Shown: one piece after another, positions 26,373 through 36,701 of the stretch
Layout: each line of letters opens with the position of its first letter
How positions within the stretch are numbered: the stretch's first letter is position 1
Source of the DNA: a virus
DNA length: 64,000 nt
Virus record (IMG/VR): IMGVR_UViG_3300044713_000232
Span: 11,632-75,631 of that record
Direction: 5' to 3' (one strand)
Notes under the pieces: model-generated
What the model was told of the DNA's origin: nothing
The model's database searches: none
The model's input: only the letters and a program-made list of their open reading frames with translations
Made by a program: the position numbers and the translations under genes

Positions 26373-26971
26373 CAGGAGACTCCCTCTTCATCGCCGCCAT
26401 CGTCTTCCACGTCGGCTTCGTCGTCGAGCTTCTGTGCGATCTGCTCGAGAGTCAGCGCGGCGCCGGTGGCGGCGTCGATGCCGCCATTCTTGGCGAGATT
26501 GCGCAGGTACTCCACGCACTCCTCGCGGCCCTCGGCGCGGCCGATGTCACGGGGGCTCATCTCCGACTCGAGCGCGTTGAGCTCATCGACGACACTTTCG
26601 CGGAACGTCGCGAGGCTCATCGTCTCGACGCCGTAGCTAGGGGCGTCCTTGCGGAGGATGTAGCAAACGTAGGGGCCCGGCTTCGCGGGGGCCCCGTAGG
26701 CGCGAACCTCCTCACTGGATTCAGAGTGGAACATCGCCATGATCGTGTACGCGGCGTTGACCGGGGCGGGCTTGCCCCACTCCCACGCCGTGTCGCCCCA
26801 CTGAAAGCGCATCAGCTTCCTGAGATCGGCCATCTGCACATCGGCCTCTTGTTTGATCTCGTCGGCGAGCTCCTTGGGGGTGAGCGGCTTCGTAGGCACC
26901 GCCTGCGGTTGGTGGACGGAGGTATCTTGTGCGGCGGTGTCGAGCACCGCTGCCTCTGCGGGCTGCGTCAT
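26372..26971 (-). CDS. Acidic hypothetical protein
   Basis: ORF with its own consensus promoter. Confidence 0.7.
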   Translation of the reverse strand: MTQPAEAAVLDTAAQDTSVHQPQAVPTKPLTPKELADEIKQEADVQMADLRKLMRFQWGDTAWEWGKPAPVNAAYTIMAMFHSESSEEVRAYGAPAKPGPYVCYILRKDAPSYGVETMSLATFRESVVDELNALESEMSPRDIGRAEGREECVEYLRNLAKNGGIDAATGAALTLEQIAQKLDDEADVEDDGGDEEGVS

Positions 26972-26978
26972 GGGGAAG

Positions 26979-27007
26979 AGCGTAAAGCGCTATGCGCTTT
27001 AGCGCAA
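26979..27007 (-). promoter_or_regulatory. Sigma70-type promoter, probably leaderless, with a palindrome in the spacer
   Basis: TTGCGC-N17-TACGCT-N7-ATG; aaagcgc-tat-gcgcttt spans the spacer. Confidence 0.7.
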
Positions 27008-27037
27008 GTAGCGGCGCACTTTATTACGCGCGAAAGT

Positions 27038-28327
27038 CTATCGCTTTGCGCGAAAAAGTTTACGCAGGCGAATGCTGGTGAACTGGTCGAGCCCGACGAC
27101 GATGTGGTCAACGAGCTTGAGATTGTTGCCGAAAGGCTTGCGCGCCTTCTCGATCGCCTTCGTGAGGTCTTTGTCGGCCTGGCTCGGCGTCGCCTTTCCA
27201 GAAGGGTGGCAATGCGCAATGACGAATCCCTTCGCCTGACGCGCCAACGCCGCACCCAACGCGGCGCGCATGACGTCGTCGATTCCGACGTTGACGCGGT
27301 CGATCTGGCCCCGGGCGACCTCGTCGATACCGCGCAGGTGCCCGTGCAAGTCGAGGCTGATGACGAGGAAGACCTCCTGCGGCTGCGAGACGCAGTACTG
27401 TCGAATGAGCTTGTAGATGGCCGTGGGGGTCGTGAGGGGGCCGATCTGGTCAGCGAGCGCGACGCAGGCGCGGAACTTCTCTTCGTCTATGCGCACCTCG
27501 GTGAAGGGGGCGCACATGGGCGCGACGGGTACCGACGTCTGCGGCGCCAGCGGCGTCGACGGAAGTAGCGCACCCGTCTTGTTGTGCTTCTCGGCGAAGC
27601 GCTTCGCCTGTGCGACAGTCTCGAAGCTGCGCAGCTCGCTGGCATCGAGCGTCAATACCCACGGGAAGCGCTTCAAGCGGCGTGACACCCGCTGGTGCTG
27701 CGGTGAGATGCGGTAGCTCGACGTCTTGTTGACGGCACGTGCGTAGAGACCGTGCTTGTCGCGGTGCCACTTGAGAGGCTTGACAGCGCCGCGAGGCGTC
27801 TCGCCTGACATAGCGAAGCGCATGCGCGTATCAGGCGCGTCGACGAACTTCACGTACCCACCGCGGCTGTCGGCGAGAGCCTTCGCTTCGGCGTAGTCCT
27901 TGGTGACGACGCCGAGACGCTTTCCGTTTGCATCCACGGCGACGTAGTCACGCGCCTCAGTCGCAGCGCTGATAGCGATAGCGTCGACGGGGCGCGCCTG
28001 TACGAAGTCGTGGCGCGCAGCGATGTGCCACTTACCCGCCTCGAAGAACAGCACCTTGCGCTTGTGCCCCTCGTTGGAAGGGGGCGAATAGAGGTAGAAC
28101 GGCCCGTCCGGCGAGGCATTGGGCCTGATGGGGTAGTAGTAGACGTAACCGTCAGCTTTGGCCTTCGCTAGAGCGCTACTGAGCTCGGGGAAGTCGGCCG
28201 CCTTCTGCTCGAGAGCGCACTCGCCCATCGGGCACGGCACCTGCGGCGCGTGGGGGCACCCGCCTCCCGCCGGACACTCACCGACCGGCCCGGCACCTGC
28301 TTCATAGACAACGGGGACTCGCGGCAT
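27038..28327 (-). CDS. RadC-like JAB domain protein with long N-terminal extension
   Basis: QEVFLVISLD...IAHCHPSGKATPSQAD...LVDHIVVG. Confidence 0.88.
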   Translation of the reverse strand: MPRVPVVYEAGAGPVGECPAGGGCPHAPQVPCPMGECALEQKAADFPELSSALAKAKADGYVYYYPIRPNASPDGPFYLYSPPSNEGHKRKVLFFEAGKWHIAARHDFVQARPVDAIAISAATEARDYVAVDANGKRLGVVTKDYAEAKALADSRGGYVKFVDAPDTRMRFAMSGETPRGAVKPLKWHRDKHGLYARAVNKTSSYRISPQHQRVSRRLKRFPWVLTLDASELRSFETVAQAKRFAEKHNKTGALLPSTPLAPQTSVPVAPMCAPFTEVRIDEEKFRACVALADQIGPLTTPTAIYKLIRQYCVSQPQEVFLVISLDLHGHLRGIDEVARGQIDRVNVGIDDVMRAALGAALARQAKGFVIAHCHPSGKATPSQADKDLTKAIEKARKPFGNNLKLVDHIVVGLDQFTSIRLRKLFRAKR

Positions 28328-28360
28328 GCAGAGATTCTAGCACCAACGGTGCCGCTAGAG

Positions 28361-29071
28361 CTAGCGCTTGCGGGCCACCACGACATGCTGAAACGCTAGC
28401 GCTTCGGGCCAGAGCGATACCAACTGCTCCTCGAGATGCCTCACGTGGCGCTTGTAGAAGCCGTAGATGCGCGCGTCGAGGCGCCGTGTATCGGCGTCGA
28501 TATCGAGCCAGCGACGCATCCTCGCGAGACCTTCGCGCGCGATACCCGGCGTCTGGTCGACGGCGTCGACGACGAGACCGGCGTCGAGCACCAGCTGTAT
28601 CGCGCTCGCGCGCGTGAAGAAGCGCAGGTGCGTGATGTCGCGGATACCTTTGTCGCTGTACTCGAAGTTGCCTTTCAGCAAGTGAAGCCGCATGCCCCAG
28701 TTGGCGACATTGGGCAACGAGACGATGACGCTGCCGTTGTGCACCAAGAGCGGTAGGAAGCGCCTCAGCGTCGTCAGAGGCGCCTTCACGTGCTCCAGCA
28801 CATCACCGAAGACGAGACACTCGACGCGCTTGTCGAGGATGCGATTCATACTCCACTCTTGCTCGATGTCGATGTCGTAGACATCATCGAGACGCATCGA
28901 GGCGATGTGCGTTGATGCTCTGAAGTTGTCGATGCCGATGACATAGGCGCCGTCGTTGTGCGCCGCGAGAGTGTTCTGACCGGCGCCACAGCCGATGTCG
29001 AGGATGCTCTTAGGGCGTAGGCGCCGCAGCTGTCGTGCGATGGCGGTGTTGACTTCCTCGCCGTATGTCAT
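28361..29071 (-). CDS. Class I SAM-dependent methyltransferase
   Basis: ILDIGCGAG, FGDVLEHV, VSLPN, THLRFFT. Confidence 0.9.
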   Translation of the reverse strand: MTYGEEVNTAIARQLRRLRPKSILDIGCGAGQNTLAAHNDGAYVIGIDNFRASTHIASMRLDDVYDIDIEQEWSMNRILDKRVECLVFGDVLEHVKAPLTTLRRFLPLLVHNGSVIVSLPNVANWGMRLHLLKGNFEYSDKGIRDITHLRFFTRASAIQLVLDAGLVVDAVDQTPGIAREGLARMRRWLDIDADTRRLDARIYGFYKRHVRHLEEQLVSLWPEALAFQHVVVARKR

Positions 29072-29302
29072 CGTGGCGGTAGCCTCATCGAATGCGCCAC
29101 CTGCACCGGCGATGCGCCGTTGTCGTCGAGCGACTCGACGAGAGCCACCATCTTCTCGAGGGCAGCAACCAGTGCTTGGCGTTGCTTAGGCGTCATCGCC
29201 ATCGCGACTTGGATGAAGCTGGTGCCGCCGACGGCAGCCATAACGACAGCGTCATCGCTGACGCGCAGCTGGTCGCCTAGCGACGCCGCCGCCTCGTGCG
29301 CC

Positions 29303-29716
29303 TTACTTCGCTTCGTCTTCGCCATCGACGGCTCCCATCTTGAACTTGGGCGCTGGTGCACTCAACGTGTACACATCATCGCCGATCTTCGGCGCTACCC
29401 TTAGCGGGTGTGTTACGTGACCGAACTTCTCGAGGTAGTACATCTCCATCATTGCGTTGTACGCGATAGCAGCCAGGTGCATCTTCAAGTCGCCGAACTT
29501 GTCGTGCGCTTCACCGAGCTGGTACTGCCGGAGGTGCTCGTAGATGTGGTTGATACAGCTCTTGTCGCCTTCGAGGCGCGCGGCGGTGTACTGGCTCCAG
29601 CTGCCGTACTTCTCCTCGGCATACTTCGCGATGCGCGCCAGCGCCTTGAGGAAGTCGGGATTCAACGCGGTGTAGATGTAGTCCACCGGCACGCGCTTCA
29701 CTTTGTCGTCAGCCAT
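29303..29716 (-). CDS. dATP/dGTP diphosphohydrolase domain protein (DUF5664-like)
   Basis: LARIAKYAEEKYG...EHL...GE...HLAAIAYNAMM. Confidence 0.75.
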   Translation of the reverse strand: MADDKVKRVPVDYIYTALNPDFLKALARIAKYAEEKYGSWSQYTAARLEGDKSCINHIYEHLRQYQLGEAHDKFGDLKMHLAAIAYNAMMEMYYLEKFGHVTHPLRVAPKIGDDVYTLSAPAPKFKMGAVDGEDEAK

Positions 29717-29725
29717 TCTGAAACC

Positions 29726-30265
29726 TCACTTGAATTGTTTGAAAGCCCTGCTCGCCACCGGCCCAATGGCGGAGATACCGGTGTAGTTGCCTCTGTACGG
29801 CTCCACCAAGCGGTCGATGCTGTGGAAGCGCACCTGTGCGATGCGCATGCCGGGGTACAATCGCGTCCTGTACTTACACGTGACTTCGAGTGTGTACTGA
29901 CCGTCGAAGCCCGGGTCGCCGAAGCCGGCTGTCTGATGCACCTGCACGAACAGCCTGCCGATGCTTGACTTGCCGTCGATGACGGGTACGTACAGGTCAC
30001 TCCAGACGACTTCGTTGGTGTGCATCAAGTAACCGGTATCGGGAGTCAGGATGAATCCTTCGGGGCCCATCGCGGTGTACACCGTCGCGTTGTCCACCTG
30101 CGCGTCGAGAAAGACGCCTCGTGGTCCATGACAACAGTACTCGACAACGCCAGCGCCTAGCGTCAGGTCGTAGCTGACGGGGTTCAACTGGTCTGCGTTG
30201 AATGGCGAGATGCGGATGTTACGGTTGCGCACGGCGCCTTCGATGGCTTTGCCGGAGAGAATCAC
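29726..30265 (-). CDS. dcd: dCTP deaminase
   Basis: NPVSYDLTL, GKSSIGRL, AGFGDPGFDGQYTLE. Confidence 0.93.
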   Translation of the reverse strand: MILSGKAIEGAVRNRNIRISPFNADQLNPVSYDLTLGAGVVEYCCHGPRGVFLDAQVDNATVYTAMGPEGFILTPDTGYLMHTNEVVWSDLYVPVIDGKSSIGRLFVQVHQTAGFGDPGFDGQYTLEVTCKYRTRLYPGMRIAQVRFHSIDRLVEPYRGNYTGISAIGPVASRAFKQFK

Positions 30266-31053
30266 TTCGCCCTCTTAGTTTTCTTCCATGCCTTGAACTC
30301 CTGCCACTCGGCGCGCTGCAACTCGAAGAGGTCCCACGTGCGTGGATGGAGCTCTTTGATGAAGTCGCCGACAGCGTTGGCGTAGGCGCGAATCTCGTAC
30401 TGCGCGTTGGGATCCATACGAAGCGTGAGAAACGCGAGCCAATTGCGCAGACACGTCGCGGCGCGCATGCGGCTGTAGCGCCCGACTGGCAGCACGACGC
30501 GCGCGAGCTCCTTCGGCACACCGTTCTTCAAGGCGCTCTGGTACACGCTCTCGGCTTGGAAGTACATGTCGCCGAGTATGCCGCGAAACGTCTCGGCAGC
30601 TTCCTCCGTCAGCGCATCGGCACCGGCGACGGCGCCGGCCTGCTTGTTCGCCTTCGACGTCATCATGAGACGCTCGACGGTGGGGACGTAATTGAGATCT
30701 GGTAGCGGCGCGTACCTAGCGCTCATCTCGTTGTAGCTCTGGGTCCTGTGACGGTGCCACTCTCTGAAGACGAAGATGGGCGCTTGCACCTCGATGACGA
30801 GCCCGGCGAACTCGAAGGGGGTCGCGTGCGCGTTCTCGTAGAGGTAGGCTAGAAGCCGCTCGTCGCCCGGTGCTGCGTTGTGCACGGAGCACGTCATCCC
30901 GTCGTCGTGGCACATCGTGCACTTCGTGCCCCAGCCCTCGAAGCCCTTCTGCGTCGACATGCGTGCCGCTTCGATGATGCGCTCGTCTGAACCCCACGAA
31001 TCCACTAACTCGACGTACCCGAAGTCGAGCACCTTCACCCTGCGCGCAACCAT
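30262..31053 (-). CDS. thyX: FAD-dependent thymidylate synthase
   Basis: HATPFE, REWHRHRTQSYNEMSARY, AQYEIR; ATGA-coupled start at 31053. Confidence 0.96.
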   Translation of the reverse strand: MVARRVKVLDFGYVELVDSWGSDERIIEAARMSTQKGFEGWGTKCTMCHDDGMTCSVHNAAPGDERLLAYLYENAHATPFEFAGLVIEVQAPIFVFREWHRHRTQSYNEMSARYAPLPDLNYVPTVERLMMTSKANKQAGAVAGADALTEEAAETFRGILGDMYFQAESVYQSALKNGVPKELARVVLPVGRYSRMRAATCLRNWLAFLTLRMDPNAQYEIRAYANAVGDFIKELHPRTWDLFELQRAEWQEFKAWKKTKRAK

Positions 31054-31391
31054 CAGTTCCCCCGAATCCTCTCGTGTACCGGCGGTGGCGGCGGTCTCGG
31101 CGAGCAGCTCGCCGTACCGCACGTAGCGCCTAGATGAGGCGGTGCCGTATCGCTACCGGGCCCTACGTAGCAGCACATCTTCACGGGGCAGGTATTCGTC
31201 GGGTCGTCGACGGTATCGTGCCCGCAGATCTCCTGCTCATCGCAGCACCCATCGCCGCTCTGGAGACTACAGTGATGAGCGCGATAGCGCCCGCACGGAT
31301 AGCCGACCTTAGGCGGCAGCAACACCGACGGCGTCGCGCAGGCGACGACGGTGACAGCCGCCACCAGCGCTGTCGCTAAAAGCCGCTTCAT
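31053..31391 (-). CDS. Cys-rich lipoprotein
   Basis: MKRLLATALVAAVTVVAC lipobox; multiple Cys. Confidence 0.6.
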   Translation of the reverse strand: MKRLLATALVAAVTVVACATPSVLLPPKVGYPCGRYRAHHCSLQSGDGCCDEQEICGHDTVDDPTNTCPVKMCCYVGPGSDTAPPHLGATCGTASCSPRPPPPPVHERIRGN

Positions 31392-32144
31392 GCTGCCTTG
31401 CCTCGGGCGCTCGGGGGCAACGCCTCAATCATGTCGCGCCCCACAGAAACCTTGCTGTACTCACCAGCGCTGACGGTGAATCTCGCCACCGTACCGTCGT
31501 CGCGCCAGCGCACCTCCAGCACGCATCCGGGGAGCTTCTGTAACACGTCACCCTTGCGCATCTTCTGACACATTACTTCCTCCTCGAGTACATCACGAGC
31601 CACATGAAGCTATCCCAAACGCCGAGCCAGAAAGGAATGCGCTCGACGCGCCAGTCACCGGTGTTCACGAGCGACGGCTTGCCGAAGTGCTCTGCGGCCT
31701 CCATCGACGTCCAGCGGTACAGACCGCCGGTGGAGAGCGTGAACCACCTGTCAGGCACAGTATCCCCAGGCATAGCGGTGTAGCTCGTGGGTACGACCTC
31801 GCCGCACGACAGCACCTTCACGTAGAGCCTTAGGCCCCACATCCGCTTGCGTCGGGGCATCGTGGTGAGCGCCAGCGTCTTCTCGGTGGCAGTACGCGCC
31901 GCCATGACATCGTTGTTCAGAATCACTCGCGGTCTCTGTTCGTGGCTATTCATCCGCCGAGCTCCTTTCACGCAAGCCGCGCGCTACGCTAACGGCGCGG
32001 GTGAGTAACATCGCCAGCCTCACGGCCTCGATGGGCGACAGCGTAAAGCGGTGCGCCTCGATGGTGCGCTCGACTTCGATACCGCCGCTAGAGGCGCTGA
32101 CGTAGATACTTCCCCGCCCCGGCACCGCGACGATTCCGATGTGC

Positions 32145-32723
32145 TCATCGCCAACACCACCTCTCCAGCCCCATGGCTCCCGGGGCGTACTTGCACAGCA
32201 TCAAGTCCTTGGGGTACGGGTCCACCTTGCCTGTCTTGGGATTGACAGGCGTACCGTCGAAGGTAAGCCGGGGATGCAGCGCGTACACCTTCGCAAAGCT
32301 CCAGACATACTCCCAGAACCAGTTGGCGCCGATGCTCGCCGGCACGAGAAGGTACACAGCGCGCCCCGGCAGACGCGTGGCGCCTGCGCACTTCGAGGCC
32401 CATAGCGAGATACGCTCGTAGGGCGGATTGAGCCAGAGATTGCCTTGGAGCTTGCCCCAATCTTGCGCCAACGAGTTGACTCCGATACACCCCTCGTTGT
32501 CCATGTTATGCGCCAGCGGCGTGCCGAGAGGCCCGTAGAAGCGGGGCGCCTTCGCGTTGCTGTAGTCGGCAGCGAGGTCGTAGTCCATCTTGCCGAAGCG
32601 CTTCTCGACGGCGTCCATAAAGTCGCGGGGAGTGCCGTAGTCTTGCTTCGACTCGCCTGGCTTCTGTCGCGGCATCTTGCGACGCACCGCCAAGCGGGGC
32701 GCCAACTGCACTAGCTTACCCAT
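32145..32723 (-). CDS. Phage Dam-type DNA N6-adenine methyltransferase
   Basis: YGTP...FG..DYDLAA...QDW...WLNPPY. Confidence 0.88.
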   Translation of the reverse strand: MGKLVQLAPRLAVRRKMPRQKPGESKQDYGTPRDFMDAVEKRFGKMDYDLAADYSNAKAPRFYGPLGTPLAHNMDNEGCIGVNSLAQDWGKLQGNLWLNPPYERISLWASKCAGATRLPGRAVYLLVPASIGANWFWEYVWSFAKVYALHPRLTFDGTPVNPKTGKVDPYPKDLMLCKYAPGAMGLERWCWR

Positions 32724-33106
32724 CACTGCTCCTTCACCCATCCTGCCGTGGCCAACCGACACCCCACCTTCACACCCACGCGCTTCACCCACCCTGCTGG
32801 GGCTTCGACTACCCACCTGCCGGGCTCGTCGATACTCCACAATACGAACGGGGGCCCGACGGGCACCCACTCGAGAGCGTCCAGTAACATAGCCTCCTGT
32901 GAGAAGAACAGCAAGTCGAGCGGGAAGCTCACACCTTTCATCCAGAATCGTTGCGTTTTCACTTCTGGCATGATGAAGAGCATGCCTTCAGCGGGGCCCA
33001 GCCCCAACCGCCCGCCGAGGCCGAGAGAGATCTGCGCGGGCGTTTCGGCGATGTCGCAGACGAGGCGCGCGCCGGGCGGATTGAAGGCGAGGATGACGCG
33101 CCTCAC
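32723..33106 (-). CDS. DUF192 family protein
   Basis: IAETP...GL...EGMLF...FWMKGVSFPLDLLFF. Confidence 0.88.
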   Translation of the reverse strand: MRRVILAFNPPGARLVCDIAETPAQISLGLGGRLGLGPAEGMLFIMPEVKTQRFWMKGVSFPLDLLFFSQEAMLLDALEWVPVGPPFVLWSIDEPGRWVVEAPAGWVKRVGVKVGCRLATAGWVKEQ

Positions 33107-33729
33107 TTGTGCACCGCATCGTAGGCTTCCGCCAGCACGTCGTGGCATTCGGAAGGCATGTCTTGCCACGTCATCTTGTGGCGCACGACGCCGCCCATAC
33201 CGCCCAACACCCGCGCCGGTTTGTCGTCGAAGTTGCATCTGTAGACGACAGTGACAGTAAGCGCTTCGACGCGCGACGTGTGCCAATCGCGATGCGCGAT
33301 GCTGTAGTGTTGCCCGGCCTCGTAGCGCCGAGGCACTTGCGGCTTCGCCCACGCGGGCCCAATCAGCTGCCCTTCGGTACCTTCGCCAGCCTGAATCTTG
33401 GCGTGCTTGATGGCGAAGGCTTCCGTCTCGATGAAGCCGGTGGCGAACCGAGGCGCGAACGGCTGCGCGCCGACAAGCACGGTGTAGGGTGTGTCGATGA
33501 TGGTGCCGTAGACGATGGCGCTGTGGATATCGAAGCGGTGGTCGTGCACAGCGCGCATGCCGTCAGCGGGGATGTGGCGTAGGCTCTCGTGCCACACATG
33601 AATCCTGATGCTGTCGTCGAGCTCCGCTTGCAACATGCCGAGCCCGTGCCAGCGCCAAGTCAGGTTTCTGAAAGCGACCAGCTTGACGATGCGTGTCGCC
33701 AGCGCGACGAACTGCGGGTTAGTCACCAC
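33103..33729 (-). CDS. Cupin-fold protein
   Basis: RIHVWH...HDHRFDIHS...DWH. Confidence 0.65.
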   Translation of the reverse strand: MVTNPQFVALATRIVKLVAFRNLTWRWHGLGMLQAELDDSIRIHVWHESLRHIPADGMRAVHDHRFDIHSAIVYGTIIDTPYTVLVGAQPFAPRFATGFIETEAFAIKHAKIQAGEGTEGQLIGPAWAKPQVPRRYEAGQHYSIAHRDWHTSRVEALTVTVVYRCNFDDKPARVLGGMGGVVRHKMTWQDMPSECHDVLAEAYDAVHK

Positions 33730-33964
33730 TGGTGTCCTCTTGGGGCTCTGCGCGGATGTCGATGACAGCATCGCGGAGCGTCGCGATGACGTTGTCGAGC
33801 TTCTCTTTCGCGTCGGCGTCGTCCTTCGCGTACATGTCGATATACTGCGCCAGCGTGACGATGAGCCCCGCCACGACAGACTTCGGCGACGTCGCCGCAG
33901 CGAGCATGGCACACAGCAGCCGCATCTGGCCGAGAATCAGGTCCGCATCGCGCTCAGTCGTCAT
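33719..33964 (-). CDS. Small helical hypothetical protein
   Basis: Coupled ORF after GAGG. Confidence 0.55.
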   Translation of the reverse strand: MTTERDADLILGQMRLLCAMLAAATSPKSVVAGLIVTLAQYIDMYAKDDADAKEKLDNVIATLRDAVIDIRAEPQEDTSGD

Positions 33965-34151
33965 CTGCTACCTCTTTCAGAACCTCGCACGTCTTCGCGC
34001 CCCCGTGCGTCGGGCAGAACCCATGACTGTAGTTGCAGCCGCACTCCTTGCAGTAGTAGATGCCGTACGTCTTGTGCCAATCGGCATCCACCTCGGAAGG
34101 CGTCACAGGCTTCGTCTTCTTCTTACGATGCAGCATCGGACATTCCGTTGC

Positions 34152-36695
34152 TCAGAAGTCGCTCCAGCGCTCGCCACACTTTGCGTCAATCGGCATGACG
34201 AACTCCTTACCACTCGTCGGTACGAAGATCTTACGGCTCCACACTTCCTTCACGATGTCGCTGATGTCTTGCGCATCTTGTGTCGGCACCTCGATGATAG
34301 CGGCGTCGTGAATCTGTGCGATGATGTGCGCACATCGAGGAAGCTGTGCGTCGATAGCGAGAAGGCGCTCATTCATCAAGTCGGCGATGCAGCTCTGTAC
34401 GACGAAGTTCGCCGTCTCGGTCGGCTTCGGGAAGTACGACATGCGGCGAATGCGCCCTGAGAGCGCTGTGCGCAAGAACCCCTGACGGCGGCAGGATTCA
34501 AGATTCTCGTCGCAATACGCGTTGTAGCGCGCATACGTCTGCTTCACAGCGTCGAACATAGCTTCGACGTCGCCGAGTGATACATCGAAGCCTTGACTCA
34601 ACAAGTAGGCGAGCACGGTGCTCACATCGGCGCGGTATAGAATCGCGAAGAGAGCGTTCTTAGCAACGTCGCGGTAGATCTTCCCCTTGCCTTTGGGGTC
34701 GGTGCGCAGCAGTTCGGCGGCGTCGGGGAATAGAATCGCCGCATTACCAGCGTGCACGTCGCCATTCTCACAAACTTGAATGAACGCGTCGTCGCCAGAC
34801 AGATATGCCGCCGCGCGCGCTTCGCTTTGCGCAAGGTCGAAGTAGATCCATAGGTGCCCTGGCGCCGCGATGTACATCTCGCGCACGCGCGACTCTAGCT
34901 CGTAGGCTTCGTCACCCAACTCCTTGATACGCTCCTTTGAGGCCTTCTTCAAGTCTGCGCGCAGCACACGCCTTACGAGGTTCTGCAAGTTGGGGTCGCG
35001 GCAAGAGAGCCGCGCGGTCACCGTGCCGAAGGCGCGCCACGAGGCGTGTACTCGCCCATCGCGTGCGATATCGATACCCTCAAGGAACGTCGATACAGTC
35101 TTCAGCGCGGAACGCCAGCGAATGAGCAAGTCGGCCAGCTGTCCAGCGCGTGACTCCGTCTTCTGTAACGCCTCGAGAGTGCCTGCCGCTGTCGACGGAA
35201 GCCCTGTGGGCGTTAGCTGTATCAACGGCGCCCTGAAGCGCTCGAAGAGCGCAGCGCGAATATCAGCTGTCTTGCTTGGCTGGAAGGAAGGCTTACGTAG
35301 TAACTTCCGCATCTCGCCTTTGAGCCCCGCGGCTCGAGAGCGGAGCTTCCTCGCGAGGTAGTCACGCTTTGTGATATCGACGCGAATGCCAACGCGCTGC
35401 ATCTTGCAGCACAACTCCGCTAGATTTTTGTCGGCCTCGTAGACAGCACGCTCCGGGGCGAGGTCGTTTTGCATCCGGCACCAAGAGAGCGCAGTTAGCC
35501 CCACGTCGCTGGCGTTGTAGCGCGCGAGCTCTTTGACGGCGAAGCCTTGCCCCTTCTCATCGGCACCGCGAGACTTGTGAATCACCTTCCAAGGGGCGCT
35601 GTCGCAGTAAACGCTCGCCACATGGTCGAGCCCCTGCCTGACGTGTGAGGCGAAAGCATGATGCGCCAGCAACGTGTCTTCTTTGCCGCCGGTGAAGTGC
35701 ACCCCATAGCGGCGGCAGACAGTCTCGTCGAAGCTAAGAAGGTTGTGCCCCACGACGACGCGCGTCTTTAGCGCATTGTTCAGCATGGGGCCGAAGTGAC
35801 GGCGCCACGGATTCATCACCAGCGCAGGACCCGTCAAGACGCCTCTCTTGACGTCGACGCCGACGACGCCGATGCAATCGAGCTTGGAGTGCAGCGGGTC
35901 GGGGCCATCAGTCTCAACGTCAAGAGAGACAACCTTAGGCAGTCGCTCGAGATGCTTGCGAATCACCGCGATGCTGTCTGTCTCGACGAAGGGCACGTTG
36001 TCTTCGAGCTTCAACGGCGCTTGCGCATAGCGTACCGCCCGCCGCACGTCGACGCGCAACAGAGGTGCCCAGGCGTCGGCACCGCGAAGCAGAAACGCCG
36101 GATGTAGCGATGGGATGACGATGCGCCCCTCGAGCTTCGCGCGTGCCTGTAGTAGCCAAAGGCTACTCTCGGCTTTTGCCAGGCGCTCGTCGTTATAGGC
36201 TGTCTTACGAGTCGCGCGGCGCTTAGCCACGGCGCGCGCTGCGCCTTTCAGCGCCGCTGGCTTGACGGCATCGATCTTCCAGATGAAGCCGCGCGCTTTG
36301 AGGATGCCGCCTTTGCCGATAGTCGACTTCGCTGCACTGGCGCCAAGGGCTAGCGTCGGCACCTGCGGCTCCAGAGCCGCTAGTTCGTTCGCCAGGCGCA
36401 TGCTGCAACACGCCGCTGCGCGCGGGAGGTCTCTGTCGTCGTCGAGGCGGCAAAGCACGGCGTTGCTTATCAACGCCTCGCGTCTGTCGAAGCCGGCTTC
36501 CTCGAGCATCGAGTCGAGCAAACGGCCCGACGGGCCCACGAAAGGCGCCTTCTCGCGCACCTCAATCTTGCCGGGGCCCTCGCCGACGATGGCTAGCTTG
36601 ATTCTGCCCTTGGGCACCGTCGGGGGCACCACCGGCTGGCCGTTGAGGGGACAGTCAGAGCAGCGCGCGCCGTGGTCCTGCGGGCTGTACGGCAT
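34152..36695 (-). CDS. polA: Family A DNA polymerase with N-terminal uracil-DNA glycosylase (family 4-like) domain
   Basis: UDG: VGEGPG, FVGPSG, HPAFLLR. Exonuclease: LDVET, GHN, YNASD. Polymerase motifs: DLAQSEAR, RDVAKNALFAILY, QIHD. Confidence 0.95.
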   Translation of the reverse strand: MPYSPQDHGARCSDCPLNGQPVVPPTVPKGRIKLAIVGEGPGKIEVREKAPFVGPSGRLLDSMLEEAGFDRREALISNAVLCRLDDDRDLPRAAACCSMRLANELAALEPQVPTLALGASAAKSTIGKGGILKARGFIWKIDAVKPAALKGAARAVAKRRATRKTAYNDERLAKAESSLWLLQARAKLEGRIVIPSLHPAFLLRGADAWAPLLRVDVRRAVRYAQAPLKLEDNVPFVETDSIAVIRKHLERLPKVVSLDVETDGPDPLHSKLDCIGVVGVDVKRGVLTGPALVMNPWRRHFGPMLNNALKTRVVVGHNLLSFDETVCRRYGVHFTGGKEDTLLAHHAFASHVRQGLDHVASVYCDSAPWKVIHKSRGADEKGQGFAVKELARYNASDVGLTALSWCRMQNDLAPERAVYEADKNLAELCCKMQRVGIRVDITKRDYLARKLRSRAAGLKGEMRKLLRKPSFQPSKTADIRAALFERFRAPLIQLTPTGLPSTAAGTLEALQKTESRAGQLADLLIRWRSALKTVSTFLEGIDIARDGRVHASWRAFGTVTARLSCRDPNLQNLVRRVLRADLKKASKERIKELGDEAYELESRVREMYIAAPGHLWIYFDLAQSEARAAAYLSGDDAFIQVCENGDVHAGNAAILFPDAAELLRTDPKGKGKIYRDVAKNALFAILYRADVSTVLAYLLSQGFDVSLGDVEAMFDAVKQTYARYNAYCDENLESCRRQGFLRTALSGRIRRMSYFPKPTETANFVVQSCIADLMNERLLAIDAQLPRCAHIIAQIHDAAIIEVPTQDAQDISDIVKEVWSRKIFVPTSGKEFVMPIDAKCGERWSDF

Positions 36696-36701
36696 CGGCA
36701 G

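Noticed and set aside
29303-29716. Complete 2-aminoadenine or 7-deazaguanine pathway
   Set aside because: No purZ, datZ, folE, queC/D/E or dpdA recognised in the window.
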